NCBI GenBank assembly: GCA_049510745.1
Contig: JBEKYR010000002.1
Span: 128,001-192,000 of the forward strand
Length of the DNA: 64,000 nt
Origin: Verrucomicrobiota bacterium
Lineage (GTDB): Bacteria; Verrucomicrobiota; Verrucomicrobiia; Limisphaerales; Palsa-1400
Reading direction: 5' to 3'
Positions 39,223 to 49,000 of this stretch are shown here, one piece after another (position 1 is the first letter of the stretch; each line of letters opens with the position of its first letter). A model generated the notes under the pieces. It was not told the origin of the DNA, did not search any database, and saw only the letters and a program-made list of their open reading frames with translations. Position numbers and translations under genes: made by a program.

Positions 39223-39533
39223 ACACGCCCCTCTCCCATTATCTGATTCTCTCCGCGTTGCTCTTTGGCATCGGTTTCGCGGGCGCGGTCGCCCGTCGCA
39301 GCGCCATCCTTGTGCTGATCGGCATCGAACTGATGCTCAACGCCGCGAACCTGAATTTCATCGCGTTCTGGCGCTACGGCCCCCACGCCGAAGCATTGAC
39401 CGGCGTGCTGTTCGTCCTTTTTTCCATCGCCATCGCGGCCGCCGAGGCGGCGGTGGGCCTGGCGTTGGTCATTGCCATCTACCGTCAACGAAAAACCGCG
39501 CAGGTCGATGCTTTGGATGCGCTCAAAGGTTGA
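39219..39533 (+). CDS. nuoK: Complex I subunit K
   Basis: [21 protein letters not shown]. Confidence 0.96.
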   Translation: MNTPLSHYLILSALLFGIGFAGAVARRSAILVLIGIELMLNAANLNFIAFWRYGPHAEALTGVLFVLFSIAIAAAEAAVGLALVIAIYRQRKTAQVDALDALKG

Positions 39534-39536
39534 GAC

Positions 39537-41561
39537 ATGGAACCCATCGTCCAATATCTCTGGTTGATTCCGGCGATCCCGCTGGTCATGGCGGGATGGG
39601 GCGCGTTGCTCACGCGCGACCGGCGGCGGCTGGCCGCTTGGCTGGCCATTGGCGGGATGGCTCTTTCCTGGTTGCTCTCCTGCGCCGCGTTTTTGACCAG
39701 CTTGAGCGCGCGTCCCTTCCGCCAGACCTGGAGTTTTCGCTGGTTTGATCTGGCCAATACTTCCGTGCCCCTGGGCTGGGTGCTGGACCCGTTGACCGCC
39801 GTCATGCTGATGATGGTGGCGTTTCTGTCGCTGCTCATTTTCATTTACAGCCTCGGCTACATGGCGCGCGACGACAATTTCACCCGGTTCTTCTGTTTTA
39901 TGTCGCTCTTCGGCGCCGCCATGCTCGGCCTGGTCATCGCCAACAGCCTTCTATTGCTGTTCATTTGCTGGGAACTGGTTGGGTTGTCGTCCTACCTGCT
40001 CATTGGTTTCTGGTATGAAAGACCGGCCGCCGCGGCCGCGGCGAAAAAAGCGTTTATTACCACGCGCATCGGCGACCTCGGACTCCTGCTCGGAATGCTC
40101 TGGCTCTATTCCCAAAGCGGCACGCTGCTCTTTTACGACCACGGCCACGGCTGCCTGGAAGCCTCCTCGCTGGCGCGCCTGGTGGCCGGCACGACCTTGG
40201 GCGGCATGGCTGTCTCGACTGCCATCTCCCTCCTGATTTTTGCCGGCGCCGTTGGCAAATCCGGCCAGGTGCCCTTGCACGTCTGGCTCCCGGACGCGAT
40301 GGAAGGTCCGACGCCGGTCAGCGCGCTCATTCACGCGGCCACCATGGTGGCGGCGGGAGTGTTTCTGGTCGCCCGCATGTATCCGCTGATGAGCGCCGGT
40401 CCTCATCCGGCCGCGCTCCAAGTCGTCACCTGGGTGGGGGCCATCACCGCGGTCTTTGCCGCCGCCATCGCTGTCGCGCAGAACGACATCAAGCGAATCA
40501 TCGCTTATTCCACGATTTCGCAATTGGGTTACATGATGCTGGGGCTGGGAGTGGGCGGGGTGGCCGTCGGCATGTTTCATCTGATTACGCACGCCTTTTT
40601 CAAATCGCTCCTGTTCCTCGGCGCCGGTTCCGTCATTCACGGCTGCAACGGCGAACAGGACATCCGAAAAATGGGTGGCCTGAAAAAACTCATGCCCTGG
40701 ACTTTCGCGACTTACGCCGTCGGCATGATGGCGCTGTGCGGCGTGCCGCTGTTTTTTTCGGGTTTTTGGAGCAAGGACGAAATCCTGCGCGCGGCGTGGG
40801 ATTGGCCCGTTTCCGCGGTCCCGTTTTGTCTCGGCGTGGCCGGCGCGTTTCTGACGGCATTTTATATGACGCGGCAGGTGAGCTGGGTGTTCTTCGGCAA
40901 ACCGGCGGAGGCCGAAGGTTCCCCTGCTCCCGCGCACGAAAGTCCACCGGTGATGACGATCCCGCTGGTCATCCTCGCGGTCTTCGCCGTGCTGGCCGGT
41001 TTTTTGGGAACGCCGGCCTGGCCGTGGTTCCATGCTTTCTTAAATGGAGAAAGCACCCCGTTCGCGCCTGCGGCTCTTGTGGCCCGCCCGCAACTCAATC
41101 TGATGCTGCTTTCCACCCTGGTCGTGGGCACGGCTCTGTTCGTGGGCTGGAAAATCTATTCCAAAGTCGCCGTCCAAAGTTTCCGGGAGACTGATCCGCT
41201 GGAGAAATCTCTGCCGGCTCTCTTTCGATTGCTCCAGAATAAATTCTTCATCGACGAACTTTATGCCGCGACGGTGCTGCGGCTGAACGCGGCCTTTGCG
41301 GCGTGCGCCGACTGGCTGGATCGCGTGATTTGGGCGGGCGCGGTCAACGCGGTTTCGGGGTTGACGGTCGTGTGCGCGCAGATCAACCGCGCCCTTGACG
41401 AATTCGGGGTCAATGCCGGATTCGATTTCGGCTGCGAAGGATTGCGCGGCACGGGAAGTCTCCTGTCGTGGATGCAAAACGGCCGCGTCCAGCGCTATTT
41501 GCGAATCGTGGGCCTGGCGTTCAGTCTTCTGGTGCTGGCCTTGCTCGGGGGGTGCGCATGA
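39537..41561 (+). CDS. nuoL: Complex I subunit L with lengthened C-terminal amphipathic helix
   Basis: WLPDAMEGPTPVSALIHAATMV, HAFFK, SGFWSKDEI. Confidence 0.96.
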   Translation: MEPIVQYLWLIPAIPLVMAGWGALLTRDRRRLAAWLAIGGMALSWLLSCAAFLTSLSARPFRQTWSFRWFDLANTSVPLGWVLDPLTAVMLMMVAFLSLLIFIYSLGYMARDDNFTRFFCFMSLFGAAMLGLVIANSLLLLFICWELVGLSSYLLIGFWYERPAAAAAAKKAFITTRIGDLGLLLGMLWLYSQSGTLLFYDHGHGCLEASSLARLVAGTTLGGMAVSTAISLLIFAGAVGKSGQVPLHVWLPDAMEGPTPVSALIHAATMVAAGVFLVARMYPLMSAGPHPAALQVVTWVGAITAVFAAAIAVAQNDIKRIIAYSTISQLGYMMLGLGVGGVAVGMFHLITHAFFKSLLFLGAGSVIHGCNGEQDIRKMGGLKKLMPWTFATYAVGMMALCGVPLFFSGFWSKDEILRAAWDWPVSAVPFCLGVAGAFLTAFYMTRQVSWVFFGKPAEAEGSPAPAHESPPVMTIPLVILAVFAVLAGFLGTPAWPWFHAFLNGESTPFAPAALVARPQLNLMLLSTLVVGTALFVGWKIYSKVAVQSFRETDPLEKSLPALFRLLQNKFFIDELYAATVLRLNAAFAACADWLDRVIWAGAVNAVSGLTVVCAQINRALDEFGVNAGFDFGCEGLRGTGSLLSWMQNGRVQRYLRIVGLAFSLLVLALLGGCA

Positions 41562-43108
41562 AAACGTTTCCCCTCCTCACTCTTCTGACTCTGATCCCGC
41601 TGATCGGCGGCGCGGCGACGTTGCTGGCATCCAGTCAATCAAAGCTCGCCCGGCGCGTCGCCTTCCTCACCAGCCTGCTGGCGCTGGCCGTGGCGGCGCT
41701 GCTGTGGGCCGCGTTTGACACCGGCCGCGCCGGCTGGCAATTCGTCGAGCGTTTCGCCTGGGTGCCGTCGCTGGGCATCGATTACCACCTGGGCATCGAT
41801 GGATTGGGGCTTTTGATGGTGCTGCTGTCGGCGTTGCTCGTTCCGTTTGCCATGCTCGCTTCGTGGAACATCGGGCAGAATCCGAAACTTTATTTCGCGC
41901 TGATTCTGTTTTTGGAAGCCGGCTTGTTCGGCACGTTCACTGCGCTGAACTTTTTCCATTGGTTCATCTATTGGGAACTGGGCCTGATTCCGGCGTATTT
42001 CCTGATCAAAATCTGGGGCGGCCCCCGCCGCACGCGGGCGGCGAACCAATTCTTCATTTACACGCTGGCCGGCAGCGTGGCGATGCTCCTGGCGTTCCTG
42101 GCCCTTTACGCCGCGACGGGACTGTTCGACTTCGGACAACTGGCCGAACTGGCCCGCAACGGCGGCCTCGACAACGCGCTGTTCGCCAAGCTGGGCGGTT
42201 CCTTTTTCAAGTCCAGGGAAACGCTGGCCACGGTCATTTTTCTGGGCGTGTTCCTCGGGTTTGCGGTGAAGGCGCCGCTCATGCCTTTCCATACCTGGCT
42301 GCCCTCCGCTTACGCCGAAGCGCCCACCGGCACGGCCATGCTGCTGACGGGTGCGATGTCGAAAATGGGCGTCTATGGATTCCTGCGCATTTTGCTGCCG
42401 CTGTTTCCGGCGCAAATGCGCGCCCTGCAAACGCCTCTGCTCTGTCTGGCGGTGGCCACGATTGTTTTTTCGGCGGCGGCGGCCCTGGCCCAGCGCGATT
42501 TGAAACGGATGGTGGCTTATTCCTCGATCAATCACGTCGGTTACTGCCTCCTGGGAATTTTTGCCGCGGTGCAGATCACCGGCACGACCGCTGCCTGGAC
42601 CACTGAAAAGGCCGCCGCCCTCAACGGCGTCATGCTGCAAATGTTCAACCACGGGTTGACGGCCGCGGCGCTGTTTTATTTTGTCGGCCTGATCGAGCAG
42701 CGCAGTGGCGGCCTGCGCGGCCTGGACGATTTTGGCGGCCTGCGCAAAGCAGCGCCGGTTTTTTGCGGGTTGATGGGCATCACTTTGTTCGCCTCGCTCG
42801 GTCTGCCCGGCCTGAATGGATTTGTCAGCGAGTTTCTGATCTTCAAAGGTTCCCTGCCGCTGGTGGGGTGGGCGGCGGCGGTCTCGACCCTCGGTTTGCT
42901 GATCACGGCGATTTTTCTGCTCGCCATTTTGCAGCGCGTGTTCAGCGGGCCTTTGCAGAATCGCTGGGCCGGCTGGAAGGACCTGACGACCGGTGAACGG
43001 CTCACGGTGGCGCCGGTCATCGCGCTGATGCTTTTGCTCGGAATATGCCCGCAAATTCTTATCAGCGTGGCCAACCCGGCCGCTCTGGCGATCTTGAAAC
43101 TCTTTTGA
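41558..43108 (+). CDS. nuoM: Complex I subunit M, copy 1
   Basis: PFHTWLP, KMGVYG, AYSSINH, GLPGLNGFVSE. Confidence 0.93.
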   Translation: MKTFPLLTLLTLIPLIGGAATLLASSQSKLARRVAFLTSLLALAVAALLWAAFDTGRAGWQFVERFAWVPSLGIDYHLGIDGLGLLMVLLSALLVPFAMLASWNIGQNPKLYFALILFLEAGLFGTFTALNFFHWFIYWELGLIPAYFLIKIWGGPRRTRAANQFFIYTLAGSVAMLLAFLALYAATGLFDFGQLAELARNGGLDNALFAKLGGSFFKSRETLATVIFLGVFLGFAVKAPLMPFHTWLPSAYAEAPTGTAMLLTGAMSKMGVYGFLRILLPLFPAQMRALQTPLLCLAVATIVFSAAAALAQRDLKRMVAYSSINHVGYCLLGIFAAVQITGTTAAWTTEKAAALNGVMLQMFNHGLTAAALFYFVGLIEQRSGGLRGLDDFGGLRKAAPVFCGLMGITLFASLGLPGLNGFVSEFLIFKGSLPLVGWAAAVSTLGLLITAIFLLAILQRVFSGPLQNRWAGWKDLTTGERLTVAPVIALMLLLGICPQILISVANPAALAILKLF

Positions 43109-43111
43109 GTT

Positions 43112-44599
43112 ATGCTGGCCTGGACCATTTACATTTCATTTTTGGGCGCGGCGGCGCTGGCGCTTCTGCCGCCGGAGAGCCGGCGCGCGGCGCGGATCAC
43201 GGCGCTGCTGACGGCTTTGGCGGGGCTGGCCGTCGCGCTGGGCGGCGCGGCGCAGTACGAGCGCCAGACCCCGTCCGGCGCGCTGGTGGACCTGGCCAAT
43301 GTTTCGTGGATTGCGGACCTGGGCATCCGCTATCACCTGGCGGCGGACGGCGTGAGCATCACGCTGGTGTTGCTGACCGGCATTGCGGCGGTCGCGGGCG
43401 TGTTGTTTTCGTGGAACATCGAGCGCCGCGTCCGGGAGTTTTTCGCGCTCTATCTGGCGCTCATCGGCGGCGTCTATGGAGTGTTTCTGAGCTTCGATCT
43501 GTTTCTCCTGTTCGTCTTTTACGAAATCGCCATCATCCCGAAATACTTCCTCATTGCCGTCTGGGGATCGACCCGGCGCGAATACGGCGCGATGAAACTG
43601 GCGCTCTATTCGTTGGTGGGCAGCGCGATGGTGTTGATCGGCTTGATCGCCGCCTACGTCGTCTCCGGGGCGCAGACGTTCGATTTGATCGAACTGGCGA
43701 AATTTCCGTTCCCGGTCGCGTTTCAAAACTGGGCTTTCCTGCTGGTGTTTGTTGGCTTTGCGATCCTGGCTGGTCTTTGGCCGTTCCACACTTGGGCGCC
43801 GACCGGCCACGTCGCCGCGCCCACCGCCGCCTCCATGTTGCTGGCCGGGGTGGTGATGAAACTGGGCGCTTACGGCGCGTTGCGCGTGGCCATGACGCTT
43901 TTCCCGGACGGACTGCGCACCTGGCAAAATGAGATCGCCCTGCTGGCTGTCATCGGCATCGTCTATGGCGCCACGGTCGCGCTGGTGCAACGGGACATCA
44001 AATTCGTCATCGGCTATTCCAGCGTCAGCCACATGGGCTTTGTCTTGCTCGGCCTGATGACCCTTTCTCAAATCGGCCTGAGCGGCGCCGTGCTGCAAAT
44101 GTTTTCCCACGGCATTATCGCCGGACTTCTCTTTGCGGTGGTGGGGCGGATGATTTACGACCGCACCCATACCCGTGAACTGAGCGAACTTCAGCCGATG
44201 AATCTCAGCGTGCTGGCGCCCTTTGCGGCGGTCACCTTTGTGGTCGCGGGCGCCGCGTCCATGGGTCTGCCCGGTTTCAGCGGGTTTATCGCTGAATTGC
44301 AGGTGCTCACGGGCGCCTGGCAGGTCTTTCCGCGCCTGACTATTCTCGCCGGCGTCGGAATTCTTGTCGGCATCGCCTTCATCGTGCGCGTCTGGATCAA
44401 GGCTTTTTTTGCGGAGAACGACACGCAAGCCGCCGCCATCCAGATCGAACCCATTTCCATTCCCGAACGGGCTGGCGCGTATGTGCTGCTGGCAACCACC
44501 GTCCTCATCGGCCTTTGGCCCGGTTTGCTCCTGGATTTGATTACGCCGACGCTCCAATCGCCCCTGTTCCAACCGCTCTGGAAAGGAGGCCCGCCATGA
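43112..44599 (+). CDS. nuoM: Complex I subunit M, copy 2
   Basis: PFHTWAP, KLGAYG, YSSVSHMG, GLPGFSGFIAE. Confidence 0.92.
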   Translation: MLAWTIYISFLGAAALALLPPESRRAARITALLTALAGLAVALGGAAQYERQTPSGALVDLANVSWIADLGIRYHLAADGVSITLVLLTGIAAVAGVLFSWNIERRVREFFALYLALIGGVYGVFLSFDLFLLFVFYEIAIIPKYFLIAVWGSTRREYGAMKLALYSLVGSAMVLIGLIAAYVVSGAQTFDLIELAKFPFPVAFQNWAFLLVFVGFAILAGLWPFHTWAPTGHVAAPTAASMLLAGVVMKLGAYGALRVAMTLFPDGLRTWQNEIALLAVIGIVYGATVALVQRDIKFVIGYSSVSHMGFVLLGLMTLSQIGLSGAVLQMFSHGIIAGLLFAVVGRMIYDRTHTRELSELQPMNLSVLAPFAAVTFVVAGAASMGLPGFSGFIAELQVLTGAWQVFPRLTILAGVGILVGIAFIVRVWIKAFFAENDTQAAAIQIEPISIPERAGAYVLLATTVLIGLWPGLLLDLITPTLQSPLFQPLWKGGPP

Positions 44600-46083
44600 A
44601 CCCGTCTTTGGACTGGATGATTCCGCTGATTCCCGAAGAAATCATCATCGGGTTCGCGCTGGCAGTGCTGGCGCTGGATTTTGCCATCGTGCGGCGGAAA
44701 AATCTGGCCGTCCGCGCGGCAGTGATTGGCACGACGGCTTGTTTGGGTTGCGTGGCGGCCATGATCTGGATCGCGCGCGGGCCGGATGCCGGGGCGGCCG
44801 AAATGCTGGCGCTGACTCCGCTCACCCAGTTTTTAAAATTGGTGCTGCTCGCCTTGACCCTGGTGGTCGCGCTGCTGTCGTTTGGCGCGCGTTTTTCGCG
44901 GCACGTCGGCGAGTATTTTGCGCTGCTGCTCATGGCCACCGCCGGTTTGATGCTGCTCATCAGTTCGGAAAATCTTTTGATGATTTTTATCGCGCTCGAA
45001 CTGCTCAGCGTCCCGCTTTATGTCCTGACGGCCTTTAACAAGAGCAGTCCGGCGTCGGCCGAGGCGGCCCTGAAATACTTTCTCTTCGGCAGCGTGGCGG
45101 CGGCGTTCACGCTCTTTGGCATCAGCCTCCTCTATGGGCTGGCCGGCGATCTGCAACTCGCATCGCTGGCCGAAAAACTGAGAACTCAGCCGGTCGAGCC
45201 GGTTTGTTATGCCGCCCTGGTCATGACTCTGACCGGCTTCGCCTTCAAAGTGGCGGCGGCGCCGTTTCATTTCTGGGCGCCGGATGTCTATCAGGGCGCG
45301 CCGGCGCCGATCGCCTGTTTCATCGCTTCCGGCTCAAAGGTGGCCAGCTTCTTTGTCCTGGCACGAATCATCGTCGAGGGCTTTGGCCCGTGGCACGGCA
45401 GCGCCGTCTGGGAAGGGTTTCGGGCGGGATGGATGCCGCTGCTGGCGGTGTTGGCGGTGTTCTCGATGGTCGCGGGCAACATGGCCGCGCTCGTGCAGAC
45501 CAGCGTGAAACGGTTGCTCGCCTATTCGGCCATCGCCCACGCGGGCTATGCGTTGCTGGCCTTTTTTGGCAACGCGCAGCAGATGCTGCCGGCGCTCTTC
45601 TTTTATGTCATCACTTACGCGCTGACCGTGCTGGGAGCGTTTGCGGTGGTGGCGGCGGTTGAAAACAGCGGCAGCCGCGATCGGCTGGCCGATTGGGCCG
45701 GGCTGGGCCGGCGCGCGCCTCTGCTCTCCGCGTGCATGTTTGTCTTCATGCTCTCGCTGGCGGGCATTCCGCCGCTCTCCGGTTTCTTCGGCAAGTTCTA
45801 TCTCTTCACGGCGGCGGCGGCGGGCCAGCCTCATTTGGGCATGCTGTGGCTGGTCATCGTGGCGGTGGGCGCCAGCGCGGTTTCGCTCTATTACTATCTG
45901 CAAGTGCTCAAGCAGATTTACGCCGCCGAACCTCCCGCCGGCTCCAAACCCTTTTGCCCGCCCTATGCCGCGCTGCTGCCCATCGCGCTGCTGGCCGGCC
46001 TCGTCATCGCCTTTGGTTGCGCGCCCGGCTGGTTGCTGGGACAACTTTCCATGGTCCTGAACTCTTCCGCTTTCCGATTATGA
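44596..46083 (+). CDS. nuoN: Complex I subunit N
   Basis: EAALKYF, PFHFWAPDVYQGAP, KRLLAYSAIAHAGY, GIPPLSGFFGK. Confidence 0.95.
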   Translation: MNPSLDWMIPLIPEEIIIGFALAVLALDFAIVRRKNLAVRAAVIGTTACLGCVAAMIWIARGPDAGAAEMLALTPLTQFLKLVLLALTLVVALLSFGARFSRHVGEYFALLLMATAGLMLLISSENLLMIFIALELLSVPLYVLTAFNKSSPASAEAALKYFLFGSVAAAFTLFGISLLYGLAGDLQLASLAEKLRTQPVEPVCYAALVMTLTGFAFKVAAAPFHFWAPDVYQGAPAPIACFIASGSKVASFFVLARIIVEGFGPWHGSAVWEGFRAGWMPLLAVLAVFSMVAGNMAALVQTSVKRLLAYSAIAHAGYALLAFFGNAQQMLPALFFYVITYALTVLGAFAVVAAVENSGSRDRLADWAGLGRRAPLLSACMFVFMLSLAGIPPLSGFFGKFYLFTAAAAGQPHLGMLWLVIVAVGASAVSLYYYLQVLKQIYAAEPPAGSKPFCPPYAALLPIALLAGLVIAFGCAPGWLLGQLSMVLNSSAFRL

Positions 46084-49000
46084 ATGCATCTCCCAAAATC
46101 CAAAGCCCGCCCGCCGCTCCCTTCGTCACGCTGGACGGGAACGAGGCCGCCGCTTCCGTCGCTTACCGCCTGACCGAAACGATCGCCATCTACCCGATTA
46201 CGCCCTCCTCGCCCATGGCCGAATGGTGCGACCAATGGTCGGCGGCGGGCCGGCCTAATTTATACGGCACTGTGCCCCGCCTGGTCGAAATGCAGTCGGA
46301 AGCCGGGGCCGCCGGCGCCCTGCACGGGATGGTGCAAGTCGGCTCGTTGAGCACAACCTTCACCGCCTCGCAGGGCCTGCTGCTGATGATCCCCAGCATG
46401 TACAAAATCGCCGGCGAACTTCTTCCCTTCTGCATGCACGTGACCGCCCGCACCCTGGCCACGCACGCCCTCTCCATTTTTGGCGATCATTCCGATGTCA
46501 TGGCGTGCCGGCAAACCGGCTTTGCCCTGCTTTCCTCCGGTTCGGTGCAGGAGGCGCAGGATTTGGCCTGCATCGGCCATGCCGCCACGCTCGAATCGCG
46601 GGTGCCGTTCCTGCATTTCTTTGACGGTTTCCGCACCTCGCACGAAGTGGCCAAGATTCGCTTGCTGACCGACGACCAATTGCGCCAGATGATGGACCAG
46701 TACGACCTGTGCCTCCAGGCCTTCCGTCATCACGGCCTGTCTCCGGACCGGCCCTGCATTCGCGGCACGGCCCAGAACCCCGACGTTTTCTTTCAGGCGC
46801 GGGAAGCGTGCAATCCTTTTTATGACCGCACGCCCGGCATCGTCCAGGAGGCCATGAACCGCTTCGCCGGGATCACCGGGCGCCAATACCGGTTGTTTGA
46901 TTACGCCGGCCATCCCCAGGCCGAGTGCGTGCTGGTCATCATGGGTTCGGGCGGCGAAACCGCGCAACAAACGGCCGAGTGGCTCCATCAGGGCGGCGAA
47001 AAAACCGGAGTGTTGAGAGTGCGCCTCTATCGGCCATTCTCGATTGAAGCCTTTGTCGGCGCGCTGCCTCCGACCACGCGCCGCCTGGCTGTGCTCGACC
47101 GCACCAAGGAACCGGGCGCGGTCGGGGAACCGCTTTATGTCGATACCGTGGCGGCCTTGCGCGAAGCTTGCGACAGAGGGCTGGCGTCCTTTGACGCCGA
47201 ACCGGCCGTGGTGGGCGGGCGTTACGGCCTCTCTTCCAAGGAATTCACGCCGGCGATGGTCAAATCTATTTTCGATGAACTCCGGCAAAAGCGCGCGCCG
47301 AAGAATCATTTTACGACCGGCATTGTCGATGATGTCACCCACACGTCGCTGCCCTTTGACGCGGAGTTTGACATCGAGCCGCCAGAGGTGGTGCGGGCGG
47401 TCTTTTTCGGACTGGGCGCGGACGGCACCATCGGCGCCAACAAGAACTCCATCAAGATCATCGGCGAGGAAACCGACCTCCATGCGCAGGGTTATTTCGT
47501 CTATGACTCCAAAAAAGCCGGCGCCGTCACCATCTCGCATCTGCGCTTCGGGCCGCATCCCATCCATTCCCCCTATCTGCTCAAGGAGGCGGACTTTGTC
47601 GCCTGCCATCAATGGCCGTTTTTGGACCGTTACAACGTGCTCGATTACGCGAAGGAGGGCGCGACGCTGCTGCTCAATTCGCCGCACGGCCCGGAGTCTG
47701 TCTGGAACCATTTTTCCGTCGAGATTCAGCGGGAAATCATCGCCAAGAAACTCAAATGCTACGTGATCGACGCCTACCCGGTGGCCAAGGCCGCCGGCAT
47801 GGGCGGGCGCATCAATACGATCATGCAGACGTGCTTCTTCGCCATTTCCAACGTGCTCTCGCGCGCCGAGGCGATTGAGCAGATCAAGAAGGCGATCCGC
47901 AAAACTTACGCCCGCAAAGGCGAGGCGGTCGTGGCCCAAAACTTCGCGGCGGTGGACCAAACCCTGGCCGCCTTGCACGAGGTCGTCATTCCCGAAGCCG
48001 TTTCCGCCGAACGCCATCAGGCGCCGATGGTTCCGGCGGAGGCGCCTGATTTTGTGCGGCGGATCACCGCGCTCATGCTGGCCAACAAGGGCGATTTGCT
48101 GCCCGTCAGCGCGTTTCCGGTGGATGGCACGTGGCCTTCCGGGACCACGCGCTGGGAAAAACGGGCCATTGCGCTGGAAATTCCCGAATGGGACCCGGCC
48201 ATTTGCATTCAGTGCAACAAATGCGTCCTGGTTTGCCCGCACGCCGCCATCCGGGCCAAGTTTTATCCCGCCGGCCTGGCCGCCAACGCCCCGGCCCATT
48301 TCAAATCCACCGCCTTTCGCTCGCAGGAATGGAAGGACTCCAAATACACGCTGCAAGTGGCGCCGGAAGATTGCACCGGCTGCACGCTGTGCGTGGCGGT
48401 TTGCCCGGTGAAATCAAAAACCGACCCGAAACAAAGAGCGATCAACATGCGGCCGATGCCCCCGTTGCGCGACCAGGAGGTTGTCAACTATGAATTCTTC
48501 CTCAAGCTGCCTTCCCCCGACCGCGCGCGCCTGGCGCTGGACGTCAAAGGGACGCAATTCCGGGAGCCGCTCTTCGAGTATTCGGGGGCGTGTTCGGGCT
48601 GCGGCGAAACGCCCTATCTCAAACTGCTCACCCAGATGTCGGGCGACCGGCTGATCGTGGCCAACGCCACCGGCTGCTCCTCCATTTACGGCGGCAACCT
48701 GCCGACGACTCCTTACACCGTCAACAGCGCCCATCGCGGCCCGGCTTGGTCCAATTCGCTCTTCGAGGACAACGCCGAGTATGGTTTTGGCCACCGGGTG
48801 GCGCTGGACAAACAAACTGAATTCGCCCGCGAACTGGCGCGGAAACTGGCGCCGCAACTGGGCGGGGAACTGGTCGATGAATTGCTCGGCGCCAAACAAG
48901 ATGACGAAGCGCAGATCTTCGCGCAACGCGAGCGGGTGTGCGAATTGCGCCGGCGCCTGCAAGGCTTGGACGCGCCGGAAGCCGCCGTCCTGCACGGCCT

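Noticed and set aside
41558..44599. Recent duplication or assembly artefact giving two nuoM
   Set aside because: The copies are strongly divergent, both intact, and NuoL shows the matching helix extension
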